This document shows positions 50,673 to 62,856 of a stretch of DNA of 64,000 nucleotides, piece by piece. The notes beneath the pieces are model-generated. The model was not told the origin of the DNA and did not search any database. It worked only from the letters and a program-made list of their open reading frames with translations. A program made the translations under genes and the position numbers. The DNA is taken from NCBI GenBank assembly GCA_001938485.1, contig MQRK01222709.1, forward strand, positions 24,965-88,964, written 5' to 3'. How positions within the stretch are numbered: position 1 is the first letter of the stretch; every line of letters starts with the position of its first letter. The stretch comes from Girardia tigrina. Its lineage: Eukaryota.

Positions 50673-51990
50673 TGTAGTTTCTAAATAAAAATACAATAAA
50701 GCTAACACAATATTTATTTAAAAAAACTGTTTTCCGTTGTTTAATAATTTAAACAAATGAATTTTTTAATCCATTTCTTACACGCCCCCTGCCCTTAAGG
50801 CACACAGACAAACACCGTCTGAACAAGGGGAAATTTTCTTTTAATCTTCACTCCGAGATTCGGTGCATACGAAATCTTTTAATCTTGGTGGTGTCAAAAC
50901 TGTTCACTAAGGTCGCCCCCGTCGGTAGGCGCTTGCTGATTATCTTCTCTACGAGGTTCTGTTTCTGTATCTTTTCCTCACTCGATTCTCGCCGCTCACG
51001 TCATATCTTCGCCTTAATCGTCAACAATTTCTGTTTGAATTTGTTCTGTTGAGAGCACCCAACGCACGTAACTGATGTAATATGGCCTGATATTGACTTT
51101 GACTTACTGTTTTTGAGGCGCTCCCGATACTGTCGCTCAAGTCAACTTCGTCATGCAATTTGCTAATGGGGCTGGTTTAATTCGTCTTTCATTATTAACT
51201 GACTTTGTCTTTGGGGTGCTCTCGAGAAATCTTTCAAGAGAAGCAGTCTTCTTTTCTGTGTAAATACTGTGGACGCCTATATTATTCCGTCCGTATTTGG
51301 TGTTGCATTGTATCATGCAACCATTTTTCCAATCAATCTTCCACTTCGAGTCACCATCTTTTTAATCATACGGTGTCCACTCTCCACAATGCCTTTTCCA
51401 CTTGACCTGTTCACGCATCTAAAACAAGCGTCCACTCCTGATTGATCCAGCAGTCTTTTGATCCAGTTTCTTCTGAAGGTTCTGGAATTATTTAGAAAAA
51501 CTTCCGGTGGTCCGAACTCGTGGAATACACTTGCTAATGCTCAACAGATTTTCTCTTCATTCTTTGACTCGATTTGGCGCCAAATCATGAACCGCACCGG
51601 ACCACAATCCACCATTATTAGGAACTTTTTTCCTTCTACATATGTCGCGTCTACTGCCAGTCTTTTCCATGTTCTTTTGGAACTCAGTTCTTCTTTATCC
51701 CACTTGATTAGTGCAGGATCAATTGATGCGCACTGGATGCATCCTTTCACCACCGATTTTATCTAATCTCCCGAGACCCTATTCGCCCCTCACATCTTCC
51801 TCGCTAGGAACATTGTACGCTTCGTCCTGAAATGGTTGAATTCGTGTAGTTTTTAAACCATCAACTCCTTCGATTTGCGCCTCAGTTATGAATGCCGCAG
51901 CCACCGATGTTTCCTTTAATGTTGTTAACCAATGGCTTGGCACCACTGTTAGCGCATCTACTCTGTTTTCCTCTGATCGTGAAAAGAAAT
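50673..51990 (-). mobile_element. Ty3/Gypsy 3' fragment: integrase, PPT (50783-50798) and 110-bp LTR (50673-50782)
   Basis: CIQCASIDPA, WKRLAVDATY, MVDCGPVRF, EFGPPEVF; minus strand AAGGGCAGGGGGCG|TGTAAG...GAAACTACA. Confidence 0.85.
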
Positions 51991-52439
51991 ACGTAAATTT
52001 TAATTAAAGCTTAGACAATTGAGAGTTTCATGCAAAAGCTGATTTTTAGTCATATAATCATGATCTTAGCTAAAGATAATTTAATATCCTTCATGATCAT
52101 TCTAGACCAGGGGTTTCCATCCTTTTATAGATCACGGTACCCCAATATGAACTTTTAAAATCTCGCTTCCCTCTTAAAAATGACCAGTCACCTTCTTTCT
52201 CTCCGTGATTCTAAAGAAATTTTTCTGTATAAACACACTTTGTTCAACGGGGAAATCAACATTAGAACAGTTCTCGATCCGTTATATTATCCAGCCAAAA
52301 ACAGGACAGTCCTCATACGTTTCACAAACAGAAACTTCCATATCATGTTCCGTGTTCAAGTTCAAAGATCCAGTACGTCTCTTTATTTCGGCTCTTTTTA
52401 CTACTTAGGTGTTCGAATTATCATTACCTTGGGTTCGTT

Positions 52440-53470
52440 GATCACTTAATAAATGTCGTTGTAGACATCCATTAGTTTGGTTTTTTCGTTGGCGCCGTAG
52501 CCAGGTGCATATTCTTAATGTGTCTTCTAATTTCCTTGTGCTCAGTAAATTCTTTAAATTAAAAATGGAATGTACATGCTACTCGTTTGATAGGCAACTG
52601 ACGCATTTTCGGACATTTTTTCTCTTGCTCGACAACCTCTTTCAATCGCTCAGATATGGTTCAGTTGATTAGGTGTTTAAATTTCTCATCGTTGTCGAGA
52701 ATCTCTCTTTTGTTTAGACTCTCTCTGTATTCTACCAAATATATCGGATCGTTGAATACCCAAAGCACATCGCCAGCAATACGCTATCTCAGTTGCTTGT
52801 CACAGCTGCTAATTTTCTGATTTTCTGAGGCGATCTTAGAGTTTAGAACTCTTCAAATTTCAGTCACACCCTTCATAAAATACTATGTGCCTTTTAGCCA
52901 GAATCACTCTTTCCCCAGTCAGTCCAATCGCATGTCCATATTCGGTATCCTGTCTTCCTGAAAGCCGTCCTCGCCCAGCAACTATGGAAAGCTTGAAACC
53001 GTGCAACATCCTACTCAAGTGGTGTTCATCACTCACTTTCATAATAGACCGCAAGAAAAATACTAGTCTCAATCAGTTTTTTCTTCAATACTATTTAATA
53101 CGCTGTTACTCTGAATTGCAGGTTGCCATTTTTAAGGCTTTCACATTCCATTTCGTGTCCCTGTTGTCGCTACCACTAGTGGTAAATATACTTCCTAGAT
53201 AGCACAATTCATTCAGTCATTATATGACTTCCTCGTAACATTTCACTTGCGATATTCCAGAGCCTGATTCGTCAGTAAGGCTTTTATCTTAGTGACACTT
53301 ATTGTCATTTCAAACTCCAGAAATATGTTCCTTGGTATATCCAGATTTTTACAATTTCGATCAATATCAGAGTCGATGGTACAGAGGTCCTCTGCATATG
53401 CAAGTCTAATGATTTGAAATTCAATGCCTTGTTCATCGATCAGGGTGACACCTCCCCCAAATCCTTTCAG
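52440..53470 (-). mobile_element. Decayed RTE-like LINE fragment related to the 40255 insertion
   Basis: IIRLAYAEDLCTIDSD (RT domain 5) near 53400; degenerate finger ICTWLR.QRKNQTNGCLQRHLLSD near 52450-52510. Confidence 0.6.
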
Positions 53471-54833
53471 TATAACCGTTTGATTACTTTTTTTAATCTA
53501 ATAATTATTATAATAATCTAATAATTGATTATTATTTGTTTTATTTCCTAAGTTAAAGAAAGCCTGAAAATCATTATTTTTAATTTTATAGCTTTCTTCA
53601 CAATAACTAACAGTTATTGTTGTGACATACATTTTGCTTATAGCATTCTAATGCACTGAACAGTCTTACGAATTGCGAATATCAAGACTTTAGTGAGTGT
53701 TATTAGTTAGTAATGAATTAAAAGTAAAATTAATTCAAATAATTAGTTTGTATTATGGATATTTTTGTATGATTTCATTTTTTCATTTATTTTATATTAA
53801 ATATTATATATTTAGGTTTAATTCATATTTTATTATTTTATAACTTCGTACATCTCACGAGCTCGCGACACCCCTATCAGATGTTCTCGGCACCCATGTT
53901 TGGAATCACTGATTTAACTAACTGATTTAGCATTTGGTAAATGGTAAATTGGTTGAATGCAACACTTAATTATATTTTTTGATATAATCGAATTTTTTAC
54001 TGATCCATAGGTTATGTCTTTACTAATCTTTTAATATTAAGCCATATAGGATTATCGTAATTAAAAGTTATTCAGAAAAGTTTTGGATAGACTCATGTAA
54101 AATTCGGTTTTAAATATAATTTTATAAATAATCTAATAACTTACAAATTATATTTTACAATTATTTCTAATAAAATTTTATAATAAAAAAATCATATATT
54201 ACTTTTATTTAACGATTAGTAAAATCGTAAAAAATTAACTAAATGATTAGAAATTTTTTAATTAATTTATTAACACAAACTATCAAATAAAACATAAAAT
54301 TTTAATTATCCCATGATGGTTTTATTAAATTAATTAATTACTAATCAGAATAATTCAATTATAATTATTGAATTATTCATCAACAATGTAATTTTATTAA
54401 AATACGAGTCACAAAAAGTTTGATCAAAAAAGGTCTCGAAAAATATTAAAATGGCAATTATTCTAGAAAAACTTTTTAAAATATATTAAATGAGTTTTTA
54501 TCAAATTAAATGAGTAGAAAAATTTCTTCAATTTCATTTAATCAAGAAAATAATAAATAATTGCTAAATAAATGATAAATTATTTAAAAAAATTACTTTT
54601 CGAATAAAATAACTGCGACCAATAAATTTTAAAATTAAAGCAATTACGAAAGGATTAAATTATTAAAATTCCAAGATCAAATTTTTCAGAGGATTACTTT
54701 TAATTGTTCGTTAATTTTATATTTAATTGATAACTTTATAACTTGAAATAAGGATATATTAATATATGATGGAATTGATTTGTGTTAAAGCAAAAATTTT
54801 TAAGGAACTTTGGTTTAAAATTAACATAATGTA

Positions 54834-55306
54834 TGTGAGGGAAAATTCGGAATGTTGTAAGTTTGTTGTTTGAATGCTGTTTGGATTGGTGACTCTCCAA
54901 CTCAGATGGGATTGATATGTTAATTAATTAATTAATTATTTAAATCTTGATTAGTTATTTAAATCTAATGAAATTAATTTAATGAGATTAATGTTTAAAT
55001 ACTAATTAATTAAAAGTTTTATAATTATAAATTTTAATAATATTTTTAGTAAACGATTTAAATTATTGAATTTAATATTATTTAAAAACTAATGGTTATT
55101 TCAAATAAATTACTTAATGGATTTTTATCCAATATAATTTTGAGAAATTAAACATTAATATTTTTGTTATCTCATTTATTAATTTTAGAATATAAATATT
55201 TATACAAAAACATATTAATCAAGAATGTTGATTCCCGCAGATATTGATATTGAAAATGTTTGTGTTGTTAATAAATGTTTACACTCAAATTGTGATGTTG
55301 TTAATT
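54834..55306 (+). repeat. Solo-LTR-like family copy 5 (473 bp)
   Basis: TGTGAGGGAA...GTTGTTAATT; exact 5-bp TSD ATGTA. Confidence 0.75.
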
Positions 55307-55563
55307 ATGTAACTTAATTTATGTTATTGGTTGCGAATTCAAGACATGACTCGACACAGGCTTTCCTCAATCCATTAATTTCGATCGACCACAAAATTTC
55401 GGAATTCTTACTTATCTTTATCCTCATTTTTGAAGAAAATAGTTAAACTTAATTAATAAGTTAAAGTTAAATTGAGCTTTTTGTTGTTGGTGAGTATACA
55501 GGTTTTATTACATCGATTGCGAACCAAGGGGGTCGTCGACCCAAAAGCAATGCTATATATATA

Positions 55564-56127
55564 TATTATTGAGTCTTCTGAACGCAAGTTTAGTATTTCG
55601 AAAATATAATTTGATTAAAGCTTTTTTATATAATTATTGGACATGTTTCGATGTTTACATACATCATCATCAGCAATTTTCGGATATTTAGTAAATGAAT
55701 ATTGAATTGTTTGAATAATACAATTTTTTACAATTTTAATAAATATAATTTACTTTAAAAGGTGACGAAAAAATTAAACATTATTTATGAAAATATTATT
55801 TGGTAATAATGGCAAAAAATATTTTAATTAAAAATTTTAAGTATTGATATAACCTTACTTTACCCATTCTGAATGTTAATTGATGGGTTGTAGTGTCTTA
55901 TTAGTAGAGATTCACAAAACTGTCGTTCGTAATTTGAATCAAAACCCTTTTGTAAAACAGAAAACTCATCTTTTGAAATGGATGAGGTTCTATCCTTACA
56001 ACATAACCAATGATCAAGAACCTTACTCGATCGACTCATTTGCGAGTGCTCGCTAATCCGGGTTTTGAGATGACGATTTGTCTCTCCGATGTACGAATTT
56101 TGACACCCGTGACAATTAAATTTAGTA
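55564..56127 (-). mobile_element. Penelope-like element 3' end: GIY-YIG C-terminus plus pLTR with hammerhead
   Basis: FNCHGCQNSYIGETNRHLKTRISEH...ESLLIRHYNPSINIQ; terminus abuts (TA)n. Confidence 0.9.
55636..55677 (-). ncRNA. Minimal type I hammerhead ribozyme
   Basis: AUUG-CUGAUGA-U-GAUGU(AUGUAA)ACAUC-GAAA-CAU-GUC^-CAAU: intact core, 4-bp stem I, 5-bp stem II, palindromic stem III ACAUGU. Confidence 0.85.
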
Positions 56128-56129
56128 GA

Positions 56130-56366
56130 ATTCCTTAAGAATTCCTTAAAAAGAAAAACATTCGCCAGTGATGATGACATCAAATCGTTCCTATATGGCT
56201 TTTTTGCTGAAAAAGGCATAGGTTTTTATGAATCAGGAATAATGAAGCTACCGAAAGTGATTGAAAATAATGGAAAGTATATCGTGTAAAAATATTTGTG
56301 CATCCATGTCATTTTTTGATAATAAATATTTTAGTAAAAAACGCAATGACTTTTTGGCCAACCCAA
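56130..56366 (+). mobile_element. Mariner 3' fragment with right TIR
   Basis: FASDDDIKSFLYGFFAEK..FYESGIMKLP..VIENNGKYI*; TIR ..GCAATGACTTTTTGGCCAACCCAA|TA. Confidence 0.8.
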
Positions 56367-56369
56367 TAA

Positions 56370-56750
56370 TTACTTAATAAATAATGCTTCAGTGATCATC
56401 CGCTCGAAATTTGTGTCAAAATTTTTACTCAAAACTTTGAATTCTTTTTCATATATATTATAGAGAATGGAGCTGTTTCTACTCATTTGAGTGTGTTCTG
56501 CAATTCTGTACGGAGATGACGACGTGTTTCTCCGATGTACAAGGATATACACTTGTGACATTGAAACTGATCAGGCCGACATTTAAACTGATAAACTATA
56601 TTAGCTTGTACACTCAAAGGAGTTTGTGATTTATTGCTAAAATATCTCGATAAATTATTTGTAGTAAATATTACTCTAAGCTTAAAACATGTAGGTATTC
56701 TTTTAATAAAAAATGTTTTAAAATGTTTTAGAAACAAATACAATTGATGA
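56370..56750 (-). mobile_element. Second Penelope GIY-YIG fragment (different subfamily)
   Basis: KSQTPLSVQANIVYQFKC..C...YIGETRRHLRT(fs)RIAEH..ERMITEALFIK. Confidence 0.85.
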
Positions 56751-56820
56751 TACCCAAAATAAAATTAGACTAATGTTGAAATAACCTGAAATACTCTGAA
56801 GGATCAAAAGACGGGTCTTT

Positions 56821-57231
56821 TTCTAGTTTATTATGTTATTTGGTATCTTGTTTGGTATGCTGTTTTAGAAATATGTTTCTCCAACCCAGATGGAAGATTT
56901 TAAATATCTTAAAACGTCGGATTATTATATCAATTTAAAAATTTAAATAACCAACTTTAAAATTAAATTATTATAACTCAAATAATATATTTTAATTTTT
57001 TTAAACTAATTAAAATTATTTAGTTCTTTAAATTTTAAATTATTTTGTTATCGAATTGTAAATCAAATTGTAATTTAAATTATTTGAATAATAAGGCTAT
57101 AGAAATAGAATGAAAAAAAATTATCAGTCAAGAACGATGACTAGCTACAAAGGTTTTGTGGAGAAAGTCCTAGAGGCAATTCAAGTTGTGATATCAATAA
57201 ATGTATTGAAATTATATTAGTGTTCTTAATG
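56821..57231 (+). repeat. Solo-LTR-like family copy 6 (5'-truncated)
   Basis: TTTCTCCAACCCAGATGGAAGA core; TTTTGTGGAGAAA.GTCCTAGAGGCAATT shared with copy 4; ends GTTCTTAAT. Confidence 0.75.
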
Positions 57232-58195
57232 ATTTAAGACAGCCATTCCCAATTAAACTTATTTTGAAATTTTGTTAAATTGAGTCAGGCTATAGCTGTT
57301 TGCAATCATATTTGTCCAGCGTCATTTGCAATTATATTTATCGAAATTTTGATTATTTAAACTTTTTTGGACTATACATAATAATTATTATGAGAATAAA
57401 TAAAAAGACAAGAGTAAAGCACACCAAATATATATATATATATATATATATTTTGTCACAACTCTTCTATTTTCGAATTTTCGCTAATGTGCGAGCTCAG
57501 CTAAACAACGAGCAATTTTCATCACTTTTTTGCAGATCATTTTCGTCATTACAATAATATAAAATATACATCGATAAGAGAAAAATTATAAAATGGACCC
57601 AGCACGAACTCCAAATGCCCGAGTCTTTAAGAACTTGCCGCCACTGCCACTCTACCGCTACATCCGTCCGGTCTTCGGACAACCTAGGGATCGGGCGGAA
57701 TAGGGTTGGTTACCTTTTCTGTAACTGAAAAAATTATTTCTTAGACAAATTAAATTAAAATAAATGACCTGAGCAAATCATAACATGAATAATTAAAAAA
57801 TTGAAATTTACCTGACTAATTGTACTTTTCTGTATGTTTTCCAATAAATTTTATTAAAAATATAAATCATTCAGACATTCCTTTCTGAACCTGAAAAAGA
57901 TATAATTCGGTACATCGAATAAAAGCGTCCTATACGTGGAGAATTATTCTTCCTTATATTTGTGAACAAGATGATTTATTTTGGCTAAAGTTTTTATAGG
58001 TCGTATCTGATTAACAGAAATATGTACCTGTTTCAGGAGAAATAGGCCGGTTATAAAAACAAATTTAAAAATAAATGAAACGGAAAGTTTAATACATCTT
58101 TTAAAACAAAAAATTGTAGCAGTTGTATTTATTACATTAACTATTTGTAATGTGTTTGAATATATTTATTTTAAATTATTGATTATATGCAAATA

Positions 58196-59463
58196 TTAGG
58201 GTGAACAAAAAGTCTTTTCGTATTTTCTACGTCTTTTTGTTCAATTGTTTCTTTTTACCAATGAAGATATTTTATAAACATGTGATATATGTTTTTAAAG
58301 TTCTTGAACTGCTCTATCACAATATATATTAAAACTTCTAATTAGTCATTAATATAATTTTTATGGTCTTTTAGAAAAATCATGGAAATTTTGAAATTCG
58401 TGTTCTTTTTACGCCATTACTGGAAACAGGGCTTAAACGTAACTGCAGCAACAAAGAAGATATGCAAAGTTGAAGGCGATAATGTGATCTCAAATCGTAC
58501 TGCACAACATTGGTTCAAAAGATTCAACGAAGGCGACATTGACCTCGGTGACAATGCACGTTCAGGCCGACCTATCACCGTAGATTCCGGAGCAATTCGT
58601 GAAGCCGTCGAGACAAATCCGTCAATAAGTACTCGTAGATTGTCGGCCGAACTTGATATTCCTCAAACATCTATTGTACGACACCTTCACGCTCTTCGTA
58701 AGGGCAATAGACGATGTCGTGAAGTGCCTCATGAATTGACACAAATTCAAGCCGAAAAGCGTTTTGAAACTTGTCAAAAATTGCTTGAAAATTCGCGCGA
58801 TGACCGTTTCATCCGTCAACTTGTACCTTGTGATGAAAAGTTGGTTTACTACAGTAATCCAAACCAACAAAATCAATGGTTTGACCCCGGTAGCAAAACG
58901 AGATCGTTTCTCAAGGAAGGCCCTTTTGTGTGTTTGGTGGAATTTCGAAGGCGTGATTCACTTCGAGCTGATTTCAAATGGTCGTACCATCGACGTTGAC
59001 CTTTACTGCGCCCAACTTGATCGAATGTATGTGGCACTTGGCGAGAAACATCCCGCTTTGATCAATCGAAAGCGAGTTCTTCTACAATAGGAAATTGCAA
59101 AACCGCACACCGCCAAACAAACAACGGAAAAAATCACAAATCTCGACGCCTTTGAACTTCTTCCACATCCAGCGTATAGTCCGGATCTTGCGCCATCTGA
59201 CTATCATCTTTTCCGCTCTATGGCACACTTTCTTCGTGGTCGCAGCTTCAATAATCTGGCCGAGGTCAAAAAATTGTCACCAGTTCTTCGCTTCTAAGAA
59301 CAAGGATTGGTACCGCAGCTGGATCACACAACTTGCCCATAGATGGGTTCAAGCTAGAGATTCAAATGGTCTTTACTTTGAAACTTAAATGTTTTTTTAT
59401 TTGTTGTAAAATTATGTTTAAATTTTTAATAAAAAATACGAAAAGACTTTTGGTTCACCCTAA
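58196..59463 (+). mobile_element. Near full-length mariner (1268 bp), transposase 58382-59388 disabled
   Basis: TIRs TTAGGGTGAAC.AAAAGTCTTTTCGTATTTT, TA TSD; EVPHEL, PCDEK, YSPDLAPSDY; frameshift near 58890, stop at 59088. Confidence 0.95.
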
Positions 59464-59655
59464 TAATACAAATAATTGTACAGTTCGACCATTTAACTTT
59501 AATTCAAAAGATTGTTTCAAATAATTCGTAACACTATTTAAAAAACTCAATATTTAATTAGCATCAGAATTACTATTGATATTCTTGTGTAATTATTCAT
59601 TTTATATAAATATTAAGTTGTCGCTAAAGTTCTTGACTCCTCTCTAATATAAGGT

Positions 59656-59708
<53 letters not shown>

Positions 59709-60440
59709 TATATTTTCTACGTTTTTAATCGATATTTCAATCTATATTTTCAATAAAATACCTTGATTACTCATTTCGTTTTCTTAATACGTCCAATTCA
59801 GAAACCGAATATTCCTGGAATGAAGATGCTGTTATGCTTATGGTGAGAGGCGTGTCAGACATTACATGCTTCCCACATTTAAACTTGTAAAAATGCTGCA
59901 GAAAATAAAGCTCTCATTTATCAAGCATATAGAGATGGTTTTGTGGTATATTCGTCAGTTAAACCGTTTACAGAAGTTCAGAAATTGTGAATTTGCGCTC
60001 CAGGATAAAGAGAGAAGGGGTGTACCCAAAGAAATGGAGGACATCGAATTGCAAGCCCTGATGGATGAAGATACTGCCCAGACCACAAGTGTACTTTTTA
60101 TACAACTTTGAGTAAGCCAATTTATTGTTCTAAGGAGATCGCACAAGTCATGGATAAAATCGTGAAGGTTGAAAGATAAGTTCCACAGCAGTTATTTTTG
60201 GAAAATATAGTTCAAAGATTGAGTTTATGCATTTCACATTATGCATGTCACCAGCAAAAATCCTTTCTTTGGCAAATTGTTACTTTTGAAGACAAATGGA
60301 GGTATTACGAAAATCCAGAGCGCAAAAGATCAAGGTTGGACCCTGGTCAAGCAACAACATCTACTCTTAATCTAATATTCATGGGAAGAAGATCAGGTAA
60401 TGCATTATAAAAATTGAAACTTGTAAAGCCATGAGTGATT

Positions 60441-60492
<52 letters not shown>

Positions 60493-60562
60493 NNNNNNNN
60501 NNNNNNNNNNNNNNNNNNNNNNNNNNNNNNNNNNNNNNNNNNATATATATATATATATATAT

Positions 60563-60920
60563 ATAATATTGAGTCTTGTGAACGTAAGTTTAGTATTTTG
60601 AAAATATAATTTGATTAAAGCTTTTTTTATACAACTATTGGACATGTTTCGATGTTTATATACATCATCATCAGCAATTTTCTATTGGATTGTTTGAATA
60701 ATACAATAACTTTGAAATAACCTTACTTTGTCCATTCTGAATGTTAATTGATGGGTTGTAGTGTCTTATTAGTAGGGATTCACAAAACTGTCGTTCGTAA
60801 TGTGAATCAAAACCATTTTGTAGAACAGAAAACTCATCTTTTGAAATGGATTAGGTTCTATCCTTACAACATAACCAATGATCAAGAACCTTACTCGATC
60901 GACTCATTTGCGAGCACTCG
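60563..60920 (-). mobile_element. Penelope-like element 3' end (near-identical to the 55564 copy, internally deleted)
   Basis: Shared GIY-YIG tail and pLTR; terminus abuts (TA)n. Confidence 0.88.
60637..60678 (-). ncRNA. Minimal type I hammerhead ribozyme (second intact copy)
   Basis: AUUG-CUGAUGA-U-GAUGU(AUAUAA)ACAUC-GAAA-CAU-GUC^-CAAU; differs from the 55636 copy only in loop II. Confidence 0.85.
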
Positions 60921-61193
60921 CAAATTTGCATCAAAACATTCATCTCATCCAACTCAGAAATATATTTCAAGGATGGCATCCAAAAGTTGCCAAGCAACTG
61001 GAAAAAGGTGATAGATACTTACGGAGATTATTTCAATGAATAGTCTTTTACATTTTTAAAATATTTCAATAAATTTGATTAAAAAGGTCAAGAACTTTTG
61101 AATGAACCTAAAAAAATTATAATCGAATTATAAAGAATAAAAACCACATACTGGATAATTTAATTATCACGTGTTTTATATTATAATAATTAC

Positions 61194-61694
61194 TGTGAGG
61201 AATATTTTAAATTGTTTGAATGCGTAAATTTATGGATGCTGCATGTTGATTTAAGTATGTTGAACTTAGAATGGTGATTCTCCCACCCAGATGAAAATTG
61301 ATATTTTTTTTATTAAATTTAAAGTGATTGACTATTCGAACATAATTAAAATAATCATTTTATAAGTTCATATTTTTAATTTCACAATTAAAATTAAGTT
61401 TAATAATTTTAAGTAAAATTTAAATTAAATGCATTTTTAATAATTTGATGACACTTATTATTTTGGGATTTATTAAAAAATGGTAAAAATTAATATTTTT
61501 AATTAATAGTTTTTAGAGGTTAAATATTTTAAAAAATAACTTAGAAAAATTGTTCGAATAATCATGATTAAATATAGAAATAAGAAAACCAATTAGAACG
61601 ATGGCAAACGATGAAAGACCTTCTGAGAGTCATAATGACTCTAAACGTAATTGCAATAAAAATTCAAATGAGACTTGTCTAAATGTTCTTATTA
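61194..61694 (+). repeat. Solo-LTR-like family copy 7 (501 bp)
   Basis: TGTGAGGAAT...GTTCTTATTA; exact 5-bp TSD ATTAC. Confidence 0.78.
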
Positions 61695-62856
61695 ATTACA
61701 TTATTATCTTTCTATTTATCTAAGTACATAACAGTTTAAACATACCTTTATGCCCAATATTCAATCCTTCCTAATTAATATTTACCTATTTACCTTCCTA
61801 ATGTCGGAATAGAATCGATTCATCATGGACCGGGGAGGGGGGGTATTTTTAAACTAAATCAAAATGTTATTACATAATTTCTCAAAAAAGAGTTTAAAGG
61901 AAAACTATATCAAAATCGAATTGATTATGATGAATTCAAAAAGAATGTATCCATGAAACTTAACATAGAAAAGAAAAGAATGTTTCAATTGATGATTCTA
62001 AAGAAAGTAATAAATTCGAAAAAATAGTTTTAATTTCTTCTATAAAATAAGAATCAAAATTTCTTATTTCATTCATCCGCGTATACGTTAAAGCAAGATG
62101 GATGGAAGATGATCCGCCATTGTAAAAAAAGTAAAATAAAGAAGAAAATAATTTTCGTTGCTAGTGTGACGACTTTGAATTGTGAAGAAGTGCAAAACAT
62201 GTTAAGATTCTTCAAAGAAATATTCTTCTTGAAAATCATCCAAAAACACGAAAGATGTATATTTATAAAGTTATATTTGTTGCTGATACTTTTCTGATAG
62301 TTTGTTGCTAATAATAAAGGTTTAATTACATGTTTACATTCCAATGTACATTTTATAGATTTGCCAGAATGTCAAAATCGTTGTCTAATAAAGTTTCAAT
62401 TCTGCCGATCAAATTTGAATATTTTAACATCCTTAATGCATACATTAGGAAAACTTTTTGGATGGAAAGAGTAAGTCAGAACATTTTAAAGTCCAACAGG
62501 ACAGAAGGAATCTGAAAACTTTATTAAAATCTATCAACAGATGTATATGAAACAATCTCCTATAATTTTAATGTCATCCAAAGAACTGGAGAAAATTGCT
62601 GTATACCCAACTTCATTATAAATTTCTTGTCATCTTCAAGGAAAAAGTGAAGTGTTTCAAAATGTGAACAGAGGCATATAGTGTGGTTTGTAAGCTTGAT
62701 GCAAGACTTAGTTATATGAAGCGAAATTGTGCATGATCTCATTCTTTTTAAAATTTTGGAAAGATATTACAGTTTGACTGTTAACATTTTATTTCGATTT
62801 TAGTAAAACTATTTATGCTAATACGTATTCATTCTTGTATTTTATGTGAAAAAATA

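Larger units (their letters stand above)
59613..61111 (+). mobile_element. Decayed mariner interrupted by (TA)n tracts and a Penelope insertion
   Basis: Ends share AAAGTTCTTGAC / GTCAAGAACTTT; FLWQIVTFEDKW 5' part and GIQKLPSNWKKVIDTYGDYFNE* 3' part. Confidence 0.75.

Noticed and set aside
55860-56219. 119-aa ORF as a novel GIY-YIG protein with a unique N-terminus
   Set aside because: The N-terminal part is antisense mariner sequence juxtaposed to a truncated Penelope ORF.
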